DNA of 64,000 nucleotides from Candidatus Nomurabacteria bacterium (GTDB lineage: Bacteria > Patescibacteriota > Saccharimonadia > Saccharimonadales > VXPC01). The stretch covers positions 485,854 to 549,853 of the forward strand of contig JACKGQ010000001.1 of the NCBI GenBank assembly GCA_020631905.1, read 5' to 3'. Below are positions 56,335 through 64,000 of the stretch, one piece after another; position 1 is the stretch's first letter; every line of letters begins with the position of its first letter. The notes beneath the pieces were generated by a model. That model worked only from the letters and a program-made list of their open reading frames with translations, ran no database searches and had not been told where the DNA came from. A program made the position numbers and the translations under genes.

Positions 56335-57087
56335 ATGCAAATCGTGAATAAAATCGGTGTCATAGGTATGGGCAGCATGGGTAAGCTAATTGCCCGCTAT
56401 GCATCGCGTTGGGGGCAAGTAGAATATTTTGACAACCAGGTGATCGAATCAGACCACGCTAGCCCGGTCGAGCTTCGACAAGTCTGTCTAGCAGATATAG
56501 TTTTTTTGGTAGTACCACTTGGAGCATATACCAAGCTATTGCCACAAATTGCCAAGCATTTAAATCCTGAAGCAATTTTTGTTGATGTGGCTTCGGTAAA
56601 GCTTGAACCCGAGAGATTGATCAAACAGCATCTAGGTAGACATCAACATATCTTGTTGTCGCATCCGTTATTTGGCCCCGAATCGGCCAGTGCTAGTTTA
56701 GAGAACCATAAATTTATCGTGACTTTAGCAACCGGCAGAGCCCAACAGCTTGTTGATTTTCTAGACAAGAACCTCAACTTAGATGTTATTCGAAAAACTG
56801 CTCTAGAACATGACCAAGCGATGGCTCAGGTACAGGGCTTGACTTTCTTTTTGTCACGAGCACTCGATGTTTATGGCTTGAATGGCCAGTCGACTGGCCT
56901 GGAAACACCTAGTTTCTCTTGGGTTAAGGGTTTAGCCGAGCTAGACAAACATCATAGCCAGGAACTACTCGAGACCATACAGGTTTACAATCCAGAAGCG
57001 GTTAAGGCTCGCCAACAACTCTTAGATATATTGATTAAACTCAATCAAGACTACGCCAATCAACATGGCTCAGACCGCCTCAGCTAA
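56335..57087 (+). CDS. tyrA: Prephenate/arogenate dehydrogenase-like protein
   Basis: IGVIGMGSMGKLIA (Rossmann), DVASVK and HPLFGPE motifs. TATACT lies 7 nt before the ATG. Confidence 0.65.
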   Translation: MQIVNKIGVIGMGSMGKLIARYASRWGQVEYFDNQVIESDHASPVELRQVCLADIVFLVVPLGAYTKLLPQIAKHLNPEAIFVDVASVKLEPERLIKQHLGRHQHILLSHPLFGPESASASLENHKFIVTLATGRAQQLVDFLDKNLNLDVIRKTALEHDQAMAQVQGLTFFLSRALDVYGLNGQSTGLETPSFSWVKGLAELDKHHSQELLETIQVYNPEAVKARQQLLDILIKLNQDYANQHGSDRLS

Positions 57088-57477
57088 GGGCGGTTCCGGC
57101 GTTTCACTCAGTCGGAGATTTTCTTGATCGATAATTTGCTGGGCTACAACGAGAGTTCGGCGCAGTCGATAGGCGACGCGCTGTGTATCTTTGAGTTCAC
57201 TTGGTTTACCGAATGCTTGAATTAGCTTGTCGGCGGCGATAGCTTCTTCGACACCGGCAATATCGTCGTAAAACTCTGTATTGCCAGCCATTGCGATTGA
57301 AGCTTCGCTAAAACCTGTAATACCTTCATTGTGTTCCAGCCTACCTGCCACGCCGACTAACTCTTCTAGCCCCATTGCTCCAAGTACCAGAGTTGCTTTT
57401 AGCCAACCAGACTCAATGTTCCGAAGATTGTCGGAAATATGTTGAAAACTAATCTCTTGGACCTCGAGTACCTTCAT
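57070..57477 (-). CDS. Hypothetical protein (135 aa)
   Basis: ORF only. Confidence 0.5.
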   Translation of the reverse strand: MKVLEVQEISFQHISDNLRNIESGWLKATLVLGAMGLEELVGVAGRLEHNEGITGFSEASIAMAGNTEFYDDIAGVEEAIAADKLIQAFGKPSELKDTQRVAYRLRRTLVVAQQIIDQENLRLSETPEPPLAEAV

Positions 57478-57528
57478 ATCTAAAATTATCCAAGATTTTA
57501 ATATTTAGTACAGTGATGTATATCAACT

Positions 57529-57544
57529 ACGCTACATGTAGCGT
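57529..57544. repeat. Perfect 16-bp palindrome ACGCTACATGTAGCGT
   Basis: Intergenic, between the glutaredoxin-like gene stop and the next gene start. Confidence 0.8.
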
Positions 57545-57565
57545 ACACGCTAGATATAGTGCCGT

Positions 57566-57850
57566 TTAGGCTAAGTTGTGTTCGCGAATCATAATATCGA
57601 TCTGCGGTCGATCGAAACCATGAACAATGTCTTTACCATCGAACTGAATTACGGGTACACCGCGTAGGCCCTGATTCTCTAACCACATTGCTGCCGACTG
57701 ATCTTCTTCGATGTTAATTTCTTCGTAAGCAATACCCTTGCTCTCGAAATATGCTTTGGCCATTTTACAAAAGCCACACCAGTTGGTGCTGAATATTTTA
57801 ACTTTCGGCTTGCTAGCGTTTACGTTTGGTTTGGTTTGGTCGTCTGACAT
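57566..57850 (-). CDS. Glutaredoxin/NrdH-like small redoxin
   Basis: WCGFCKMAKAYF CxxC motif, ~90 aa, GVPVI motif. Confidence 0.8.
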   Translation of the reverse strand: MSDDQTKPNVNASKPKVKIFSTNWCGFCKMAKAYFESKGIAYEEINIEEDQSAAMWLENQGLRGVPVIQFDGKDIVHGFDRPQIDIMIREHNLA

Positions 57851-58187
57851 TATGCTTTGCTCCTTTTACTTCTTTGGTTTCGACTGCACTCAGGCCGAGC
57901 ATTACCGTCCAGAGGGTGATTGCAAACCCGACGCTCAAGACCATTGCCCCGAAGCCAGGTGATTTATCGAACAAAAATATGCCATAAATAAAGTTTAATA
58001 ATGCGAACCCAAAAAGTTTATTTGCTTTACTTAGTTTTTTGATAAATTTGGGGGCAATTACAAGCGCTACCACAGCAATCAGCACCCACACAAATAAAGC
58101 ATTCCATGAGCTACTTAACCAGTGGTCAATCGAGTCTGATGTGGACGCATGAACGGCGTCTGAGTGCGCCAAATAAGCTTTATACAT
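57813..58187 (-). CDS. Small integral membrane protein, hypothetical
   Basis: Three predicted TM helices. Overlaps the downstream redoxin gene by 38 nt. Confidence 0.45.
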   Translation of the reverse strand: MYKAYLAHSDAVHASTSDSIDHWLSSSWNALFVWVLIAVVALVIAPKFIKKLSKANKLFGFALLNFIYGIFLFDKSPGFGAMVLSVGFAITLWTVMLGLSAVETKEVKGAKHNVRRPNQTKRKR

Positions 58188-58240
58188 AAGTACATTATAT
58201 TACAATATCTCCGACCATTGAAGTCGTGTATAGTTAGCCT

Positions 58241-58849
58241 ATGGTTATAAACAAAAATCGTTTAATTTACTCAATCATTCTAGTAGTCGCGACAGCTTTC
58301 TGGCTGATTGGGATGAGATTACTACTGGTCGAGCCAGAATCGGTTCATTATCATGCAAATTTTGCGATTTATGTAGATGGCGTACGCGACCCGCTAGAGA
58401 GATTTAGTTTTTACGAAGAAATATCGGCTTGCAGCCCGGATAATTCTAATAATCCCCGTTCTCGAGTGCATCTGCACGACAATAATCCCTATACCGTGCA
58501 CGTCCATGATTCGGCAGTTACCTGGGGACACCTTTTTGCCAATCTGGGCTATGCCCTCAGCGATACCAGCCTAACAACTGATGCAGGCTTGCTGGTACCA
58601 AAAAAGTCTAAGCAATTACGCTTTGTGCTTAACGGTAAGCCAACTTTTTCGGTTGCCAATACAGTTATCAACGATGAGGATGTTTTACTGGTTGACTTTA
58701 GTGATAGTAACGAAGCCACGGTGTTGCAACGCTACAGTGAAATACCAAGAGACGCCCATGAATTTGATATCAAGCAAGATCCAGCGGCTTGCGCCGGCAG
58801 CCAAGCTGAAACATTTATGCAGCGTTTAGAGCGGACAATCGGCTGGTAG
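58241..58849 (+). CDS. Hypothetical membrane-anchored protein (His-rich HYHANF, HLHDNNPYTVHVHD)
   Basis: TATAGT lies 6 nt before the ATG. N-terminal TM helix. Confidence 0.55.
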   Translation: MVINKNRLIYSIILVVATAFWLIGMRLLLVEPESVHYHANFAIYVDGVRDPLERFSFYEEISACSPDNSNNPRSRVHLHDNNPYTVHVHDSAVTWGHLFANLGYALSDTSLTTDAGLLVPKKSKQLRFVLNGKPTFSVANTVINDEDVLLVDFSDSNEATVLQRYSEIPRDAHEFDIKQDPAACAGSQAETFMQRLERTIGW

Positions 58850-58922
58850 TTATCCACAACCAATTTGAATATTTGGCTGGTTCATCTTATAGTAAGTCCT
58901 AGAACTTATAGGAGGGTTCAAG

Positions 58923-59564
58923 ATGACAAATAAGCAAATCTCTGCATATGTTGTAGAGCTATTTGGCACATTTGTGCTAACTATGGTGGTGTTCATGGTT
59001 GGTGGGGTTTACGGTGTACTTGGCGCACTGTTGATCGGCCTAGTAATGGCTGTCTTGGTGGGGGCTTTTTTAGAAATGTCGGGGGCACATTTTAACCCGG
59101 CAATAACAGCTGGGATGTTGGCGCTTCGCAAGATCAAACTTGGCGATGCATTGGGCTATGTTGTGGCTCAAGGCCTTGGTGCTGTCGCTGCCTGGCAGCT
59201 AGTTGAGTATTTTTCTGGCACAGATGTAACCGCGGTTTCGGCCGATTACAGTGGCCGGTTACTAATCGCCGAATTGATCGGTACAGCAGTCTTTGCGATG
59301 GCCGTGGCATCTGTTAGCAAGCTGAAGCAGGCTGGCTGGCAAGTGCCCGTAACAATTGGACTTGGCTACATGATGGGTCTGATTGTCGCTTCGGTTTATT
59401 CGTTGGCCGATGGTGGTAGTGCAGCTCTTTCGGGGACAATTAACCCGGCAGTTGCCTTGGGTATGCGGACTTTTAGCATCGAAACAATGGTTGGTCCAAT
59501 TGTGGGCGCCGTAGTTGGTATGGCGCTTTATGTGTGGCTAGCCGACATGCAAACAAAAAAATAA
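58923..59564 (+). CDS. MIP/aquaporin-family channel
   Basis: Two NPA boxes (HFNPAIT, INPAVAL) and six TM segments. RBS AGGAGGG. Confidence 0.8.
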   Translation: MTNKQISAYVVELFGTFVLTMVVFMVGGVYGVLGALLIGLVMAVLVGAFLEMSGAHFNPAITAGMLALRKIKLGDALGYVVAQGLGAVAAWQLVEYFSGTDVTAVSADYSGRLLIAELIGTAVFAMAVASVSKLKQAGWQVPVTIGLGYMMGLIVASVYSLADGGSAALSGTINPAVALGMRTFSIETMVGPIVGAVVGMALYVWLADMQTKK

Positions 59565-59580
59565 TATATTTGTAAATACA

Positions 59581-59616
59581 AAAGCTCCCGTTTAAGCCAA
59601 GACGGGAGCTTTTTTG
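59581..59616 (+). terminator. Intrinsic terminator
   Basis: AGCTCCCGT-10 nt-ACGGGAGCT followed by TTTTT. Confidence 0.85.
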
Positions 59617-59634
59617 TGTATACTTTGGTCTACG

Positions 59635-60318
59635 ATGACAAAGCGTAACCTGATAATCCTTGGACTGGCCATATCCTTGCTGATAGGTTCGATATGGGGG
59701 GCGTTTCATCTTGCCGGGTGGATACTGGCTAGACGTTCAGATCCTTTGCCGGCCGAAACCGTTACAGTGAATCCCTATGCAAAGATATCGGCCGAAGGCT
59801 ATCCTTTGCCTAGCGAAGCCAAAGAGAGCTTGTATATCGAGCTAACTGATAGCTCGACTAACGCCGCATATTCGAAGGCGCGGATTTTGTACGACTATCA
59901 AACCGGAAATTACGAGATCGTAGCCAGTGATGTTTTTGGCGTCTTAGATATTATTCATCACGATAAGCAGTTTTTCGAAAACGATCCCGACACCAACGAA
60001 TGGTACGAAATCGGTGCCGCCGAGGCACAAAAATTATTTGATGTTTCGGCAGTTTACTTTACGCAAGACATGGTTGATGCATTTTTAAAGACTGCTATTT
60101 ATATGGGAGATTTCGAGTGCGACAAATATCGCTGCGCCTCTTGGCAAGGAATCTATGGCTACAACAGCGGAGTCGAAACACTGACCATACGAGTGAATAA
60201 CACCACTCGAAAAATCTATGATATTAACGGTGTTGGCGAGGATATTACTTATACAGTCAAGTATCGTTATCAGCCGGTCGATATAAAGCCTCCAGACTCG
60301 TATATAAAAATTGACTAA
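59635..60318 (+). CDS. Hypothetical secreted or anchored protein
   Basis: Signal-like MTKRNLIILGLAISLLIGSIWG. Start set at the internal ATG. Confidence 0.5.
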   Translation: MTKRNLIILGLAISLLIGSIWGAFHLAGWILARRSDPLPAETVTVNPYAKISAEGYPLPSEAKESLYIELTDSSTNAAYSKARILYDYQTGNYEIVASDVFGVLDIIHHDKQFFENDPDTNEWYEIGAAEAQKLFDVSAVYFTQDMVDAFLKTAIYMGDFECDKYRCASWQGIYGYNSGVETLTIRVNNTTRKIYDINGVGEDITYTVKYRYQPVDIKPPDSYIKID

Positions 60319-60376
60319 TATTTTGCCATAAGCATTATTTTGAGTTAGTCTTTTACCAGATAATCAGGAGATAATT

Positions 60377-61234
60377 ATGAACCCGGATCAAGGTCCAGAT
60401 AATCAGTCTAGTGGGTTAGGCCAACAACCAGCTCCGACAGCTATGCCGTCGCCAAATGTAGCCCAAACGACCCAGCCCAGCCAGTCCGCAACGGCCCCGA
60501 GTCCACAGCCGATGTCACCAGCCAATATGCCCCAACCTCCAACAGTTAATACTGGAGTTTCAATGGGAAGCAAGCTAAATAGAAAAGCGAAAATATATTT
60601 AATCTTTGCAGGTGTGATTGGCTTCATAGCTGCAGTTGGTGGCCTGAGCATCTTGATCCAAGGAATGGGTAACTTGGGCAAGCTCGAGAATCAAACGTTT
60701 GCTAGTGGTAAAGACTATGAATATAGCATGGATGTCTTTTCGAAAGCCGACCATCAAGAGGAATCTTCATTCCAGGAGTCATCGACTGTTCACGCCGATC
60801 TCCTGGCAACAACAAATACCAACGACGAAATAACTTCGGCTGTTATGGTGGTTGTCGAAGATGTTGAAAGTGTCATTAATACCGTCAAAGCTCAGGGTGT
60901 CGATATCACCGTCGACGACATATTCGATCTATATCTAAAGGGCGACACCAACACGACGATCGAGCTCGAAAAAGTACTTACTCAGGCGCTTTCGCTCAGC
61001 AATGTCAACATCAAGTCCGATTTTAAAGAAGTTAAAAATACCGATTTCTCTCGAGCAATTTCGTCTGAAGTAACGGGTAAATCTTCAACAGATGTTGGTT
61101 TAACCGGTAGGATTTATGTGTTCTATTCTGATAATGGCTACGCCTACACGGTCACAATGTTGGCTGTCGATAAAACCTGGACAAAGAATCTCGATTCATG
61201 GGATCAAATCGCCGCAAGCTTCGCAGTTAATTAG
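60377..61234 (+). CDS. Hypothetical single-pass membrane protein with a Pro/Gln-rich N-terminus
   Basis: RBS AGGAG. TM helix IYLIFAGVIGFIAAVGGLSILI. Confidence 0.55.
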   Translation: MNPDQGPDNQSSGLGQQPAPTAMPSPNVAQTTQPSQSATAPSPQPMSPANMPQPPTVNTGVSMGSKLNRKAKIYLIFAGVIGFIAAVGGLSILIQGMGNLGKLENQTFASGKDYEYSMDVFSKADHQEESSFQESSTVHADLLATTNTNDEITSAVMVVVEDVESVINTVKAQGVDITVDDIFDLYLKGDTNTTIELEKVLTQALSLSNVNIKSDFKEVKNTDFSRAISSEVTGKSSTDVGLTGRIYVFYSDNGYAYTVTMLAVDKTWTKNLDSWDQIAASFAVN

Positions 61235-61435
61235 TAATAAACATACGTTTTCTCGGGATGTTTAGGAAGGTACAAGATACGCTAGGCGGTATCTATGGCC
61301 ATAAACCAAACAATTAACATCCCGAAAATATGTTTGGTCTGTTTCCTTTAGGTTTGAATGTTTACGTTACCGATCCACGACATCTTTTGTCTTTGCTGGT
61401 ATGGGTACGCTAGCACTAGGCTAGAACTCAAACAT

Positions 61436-61755
61436 TTTGATCAGGCAAATAGCTGCTTATAGCTCGAGAACTGCCAACTCCCGCTATCCGGTTTAGTGGC
61501 TCCCCCAGGTTTCCCCAGGGGCTGCTTGAACCGTCAGGCTAAGAATCAACATTCTTACGAGATACGTTACCCTCCGCAGTACTCATTGAAATTTCAACCA
61601 ATACTGGGCAACATCACAAATAAAAGCTTTATCACTCTATGCTCCCAGGTTTTGGTTATTGCCAGAAAGCATTCCTACTCTCGTAGATTATCTGCGGCTT
61701 TAGTCCTGCGTAGCAACTTATTAAGCTACTATAAACAGCTGTTTGCCTATCAAAT
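61436..61755. repeat. ~320-bp noncoding element bounded by ~28-bp imperfect inverted repeats (MITE-like, or the closing stem of a structured RNA)
   Basis: TTTGATCAGGCAAATAGCTGCTTATAGCT (61436-61464) against the reverse complement of GCTACTATAAACAGCTGTTTGCCTATCAAAT (61725-61755): about 26 of 29 match. The internal 98-aa ORF does not look protein-like. Confidence 0.45.
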
Positions 61756-61857
61756 ATTTACTAATAAGAAAACGTTAGTATTTAGATACTAGCACAGTTA
61801 TAACGAAATGTCAAGTTCATTTTGCAAATACTACATGTACATATATAATATTACACA

Positions 61858-62595
61858 ATGAAAAACTACGAATTACCAGTTGGTATGGATAATCCGCGAG
61901 CTCGTCGGTTTGCACGTAGCTTGCGTAAGGTGACTAAAGGAAAATCGTTCGAAGATGTAGACAAAAACATTCATTATCACCAGGCAGACAGTGCTCAGCT
62001 TCGAGATACTCGGCGAAAAATACGCGAGAATGCGGCGCGGTCGTTTTTGGTTGACAATTACCATAGACACCCAGATGCGTTCACTTTAACTCATGGGCTC
62101 TTGCTCGGGTTAGAGGCTTCGCATCGCATACTACCTATGCTACTCCATCGAGATTATCTAAGAACAGTTAATCTCAGCCTATCGGGGGAACGTGGCTTAC
62201 TTGTATTTAACGAACCGTCACAAAACATCGAAGCTTATGCAATGAACTTACCTAGGTTTGATTGGGTACCAGTCCCTAGGAATATTAGTGAGTTACGCTT
62301 ACGCATGCTCTGGGGTGGCATTGGTGTAATGGCATTACTTTATGCAAACTACGTTGATTATTACAAAACATACGGAGTTCGCGAAGTCGTCCGGACCTCA
62401 CCTGCCTATCCGCATCCGATTGCCGATATGAAACGACGATTTAGCCAATTTGCTGGCTCAAATGGCTTAGGGATTGATCGGCTAGACTCACGATCTCCAG
62501 ATATGGCGATAGGTACTGCGAACATTCCAGCAACAACAGGTGATCTGCCGGAAGATATGCAGTTGCCTCCCCCAGAATCTCGCGATGAGCTTTAA
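61858..62595 (+). CDS. Hypothetical protein (245 aa, orphan)
   Basis: Promoter TTGCAA-16-TATAAT (61822-61849) lies 8 nt before the ATG. Confidence 0.55.
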   Translation: MKNYELPVGMDNPRARRFARSLRKVTKGKSFEDVDKNIHYHQADSAQLRDTRRKIRENAARSFLVDNYHRHPDAFTLTHGLLLGLEASHRILPMLLHRDYLRTVNLSLSGERGLLVFNEPSQNIEAYAMNLPRFDWVPVPRNISELRLRMLWGGIGVMALLYANYVDYYKTYGVREVVRTSPAYPHPIADMKRRFSQFAGSNGLGIDRLDSRSPDMAIGTANIPATTGDLPEDMQLPPPESRDEL

Positions 62596-62676
62596 GTCCG
62601 CTGATAGCAATCATTTAGCACAACAGCTTTTTTTACTACACTCAAACTGTATATTCACATTTATCCACAGGCAGTA

Positions 62677-62705
62677 TTGACATATTTTTGTCTGTAGACT
62701 AATCT
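62677..62705 (+). promoter_or_regulatory. Promoter TTGACA-17-TAATCT giving a ~160-nt 5' UTR for the LysM-CHAP gene
   Basis: Consensus -35 at 62677-62682 and -10 at 62700-62705. The ATG is at 62873, with AAAGGAGA upstream. Confidence 0.5.
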
Positions 62706-62872
62706 ATGGCCTTGTGTCTTTTCGTGTGAGGGAGAGGTACAACTCGTAGCAGTTGGTAAGTGCACATCTCGAGCTGCATGCCGAACTAAAACGAGCAAAC
62801 TGCGAGAATAACAACTAAAAAGTTATACATTCTCTTAAGTTTTGAGTATGTAAAAGGAGACAATTTATTTTT

Positions 62873-63616
62873 ATGCGTAAAGCCGTAATTACGGGTCTTT
62901 TAGCATGCGCCCTTGCCTTCTATCTTAATGGACAGCAGGTTAAGGCAGCCCCAATCGATTTACTAACTAAACCTGTCGTTGGCGATACAGGCATCGAACT
63001 GGCGCTATCAACCACGACCACAGGTGTATTGTTACCAGATACCAATAAGCAGGCCGACCCAACAGATCAGCCGGCGCCAATCGTACATACAGTCCAAGCT
63101 GGCGAAAGCCTTTCTAAAATAGCCGCTGAATATCAGACTACTTGGGTGTTGCTTTACTACAAGAATACCCAAATCGATAATCCAGATGTAATAAATGTTG
63201 GCCAAGAAATCATGATTCCAGCACCAGACGAGGAGCTCGCTCCTCGGGAAATGCCAGCGGTTGCTGTAGAGGAGTCTACCGCCAATACTGCGGAGCGCAG
63301 TTACTACGCGAGTGGTGATAGCAGCGGTAACTTGTATGTTCCCGGACAATGTACTTGGTATGCTAAGAGTCGTCGTCCAGATTTACCCAACAACCTTGGC
63401 AACGCCTCGACATGGGTATCACGAGCAGCTGCTCAAGGAATTCCAACTGGCTCAAAGCCACAAGTCGGTGCAATAGGCGCTAGTGGCAACCATGTTGTTT
63501 ACGTCGAAAGTGTCAATGCCGACGGAACGGTAACAGTTACTGATATGAACTGGAGCGGTCCATACCAGATTACCCGACGAACAGTTGTTGCAAGTTCGCT
63601 GTACTACATATATTAA
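62873..63616 (+). CDS. Secreted LysM plus CHAP peptidoglycan hydrolase
   Basis: Signal peptide. LysM: HTVQAGESLSKIAAEY...NVGQEIMIP. CHAP: GQCTWYAKSRRPDL...GNHVVYVESV. Confidence 0.85.
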   Translation: MRKAVITGLLACALAFYLNGQQVKAAPIDLLTKPVVGDTGIELALSTTTTGVLLPDTNKQADPTDQPAPIVHTVQAGESLSKIAAEYQTTWVLLYYKNTQIDNPDVINVGQEIMIPAPDEELAPREMPAVAVEESTANTAERSYYASGDSSGNLYVPGQCTWYAKSRRPDLPNNLGNASTWVSRAAAQGIPTGSKPQVGAIGASGNHVVYVESVNADGTVTVTDMNWSGPYQITRRTVVASSLYYIY

Positions 63617-63621
63617 TAAGC

Positions 63622-63657
63622 AAAAAGCATGCAACTATGTAAACGTGCATGCTTTTT
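63622..63657. terminator. Bidirectional intrinsic terminator
   Basis: AGCATGCA-12 nt-TGCATGCT, flanked by an A-run and a T-run. Lies between convergent genes. Confidence 0.75.
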
Positions 63658-63674
63658 GTGTTTTTTAGTTCTGG

Positions 63675-64000
63675 TTACTTTTTGCTGTTTTTGTACATAT
63701 CGTCGACAATTTTGCCGGCGACATCGCGTCCGCCTAAACCAAAAGCTAGCCCAAGAGCTAGCATAATCCCAGCCATAATAACGGTAAGATTATTGTTGAT
63801 TATAGTTAAATCTAAGCCGAGCTGAGCGATTGCTAGAGTCAAACCAAATACCAAGATCACAGCCTTTGCTGCAGATGCCAATGTACTGTAGTTGGCGACC
63901 TTAGCTTTTTGGGCAGATTCGGTAACAATATCTTTAACCACGTTACCAGCAATAATTGACAATCCAGCAACTACTGCAAACGCAAAGATGTTTGGCAAGA
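63675..64000 (-). CDS. C-terminal part of a multi-TM protein (TM-helix-repeat / small mechanosensitive-channel-like); 5' end outside window
   Basis: The ORF is open to the window edge. Repeated TM helices carry GLxLAxxQLG-type motifs. Confidence 0.45.
   Translation of the reverse strand, partial: LPNIFAFAVVAGLSIIAGNVVKDIVTESAQKAKVANYSTLASAAKAVILVFGLTLAIAQLGLDLTIINNNLTVIMAGIMLALGLAFGLGGRDVAGKIVDDMYKNSKK

Noticed and set aside
61496-61792. 98-aa ORF in the 61.2-61.9 kb gap
   Set aside because: It starts at a non-ATG codon without an RBS. The sequence is compositionally odd, and it spans the inverted-repeat element.
1-64000. Diversity-generating retroelement, retron, integron, IS element or prophage
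   Set aside because: No reverse transcriptase, integrase, transposase, or capsid or terminase gene is recognisable in any frame. The GC-rich patches lack template/variable repeat pairs.

Overview
The window is gene-dense on both strands, with a backbone of about 45% GC. Housekeeping genes: murG (partial), an ftsQ-like gene, topA, dprA, pth, der, gltX, smpB, xth, an RsuA/RluB-type pseudouridine synthase, cobO and a tyrA-like gene. Envelope genes of the Gram-positive type: sortase, LysM-CHAP hydrolase, VanY/M15 peptidase, PEGA and DUF3048 proteins, and a PadR-PspC pair. There are also two histidine kinase/response regulator pairs, a TraD/VirD4-like ATPase and a sigma-region-4/HARE-HTH protein. 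This content fits a small-genome Patescibacteria/CPR (Saccharibacteria-like) organism, but that placement is inference only. Two tRNAs are present (Glu-CUC, Leu-CAA). I found no rRNA, CRISPR array, transposase, integrase or reverse transcriptase. Many genes are orphans with no recognisable family. Several genes have a TATAAT-like box 6-8 nt before the ATG, which suggests leaderless mRNAs. The backbone is interrupted by patches of clearly higher GC that use strong AGGAGG ribosome-binding sites and GC3-rich codons: 9.7-11.6 kb, 18.18-18.42 kb, 44.2-44.7 kb, 45.6-46.5 kb and 52.1-53.75 kb. They look foreign, possibly from Actinobacteria or actinophage. A moderately GC-elevated WhiB-like gene at 33.8-34.15 kb points the same way. 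The best candidate for something undescribed is a ~1.6 kb unit on the minus strand at 52.13-53.75 kb. It is high in GC, dense in hairpins and poor in ORFs, ends in an intrinsic terminator, and lies divergent to an orphan ParB/KorB-like gene. It could be a large structured RNA with embedded mini-ORFs, or a decaying foreign insert. Other leads are a promoter-to-terminator structured RNA candidate (9.1-9.45 kb), a tRNA-Glu locus littered with tRNA fragments, and a 320-bp element flanked by inverted repeats (61.4-61.8 kb). All functional calls come from reading motifs by eye; no searches were run.
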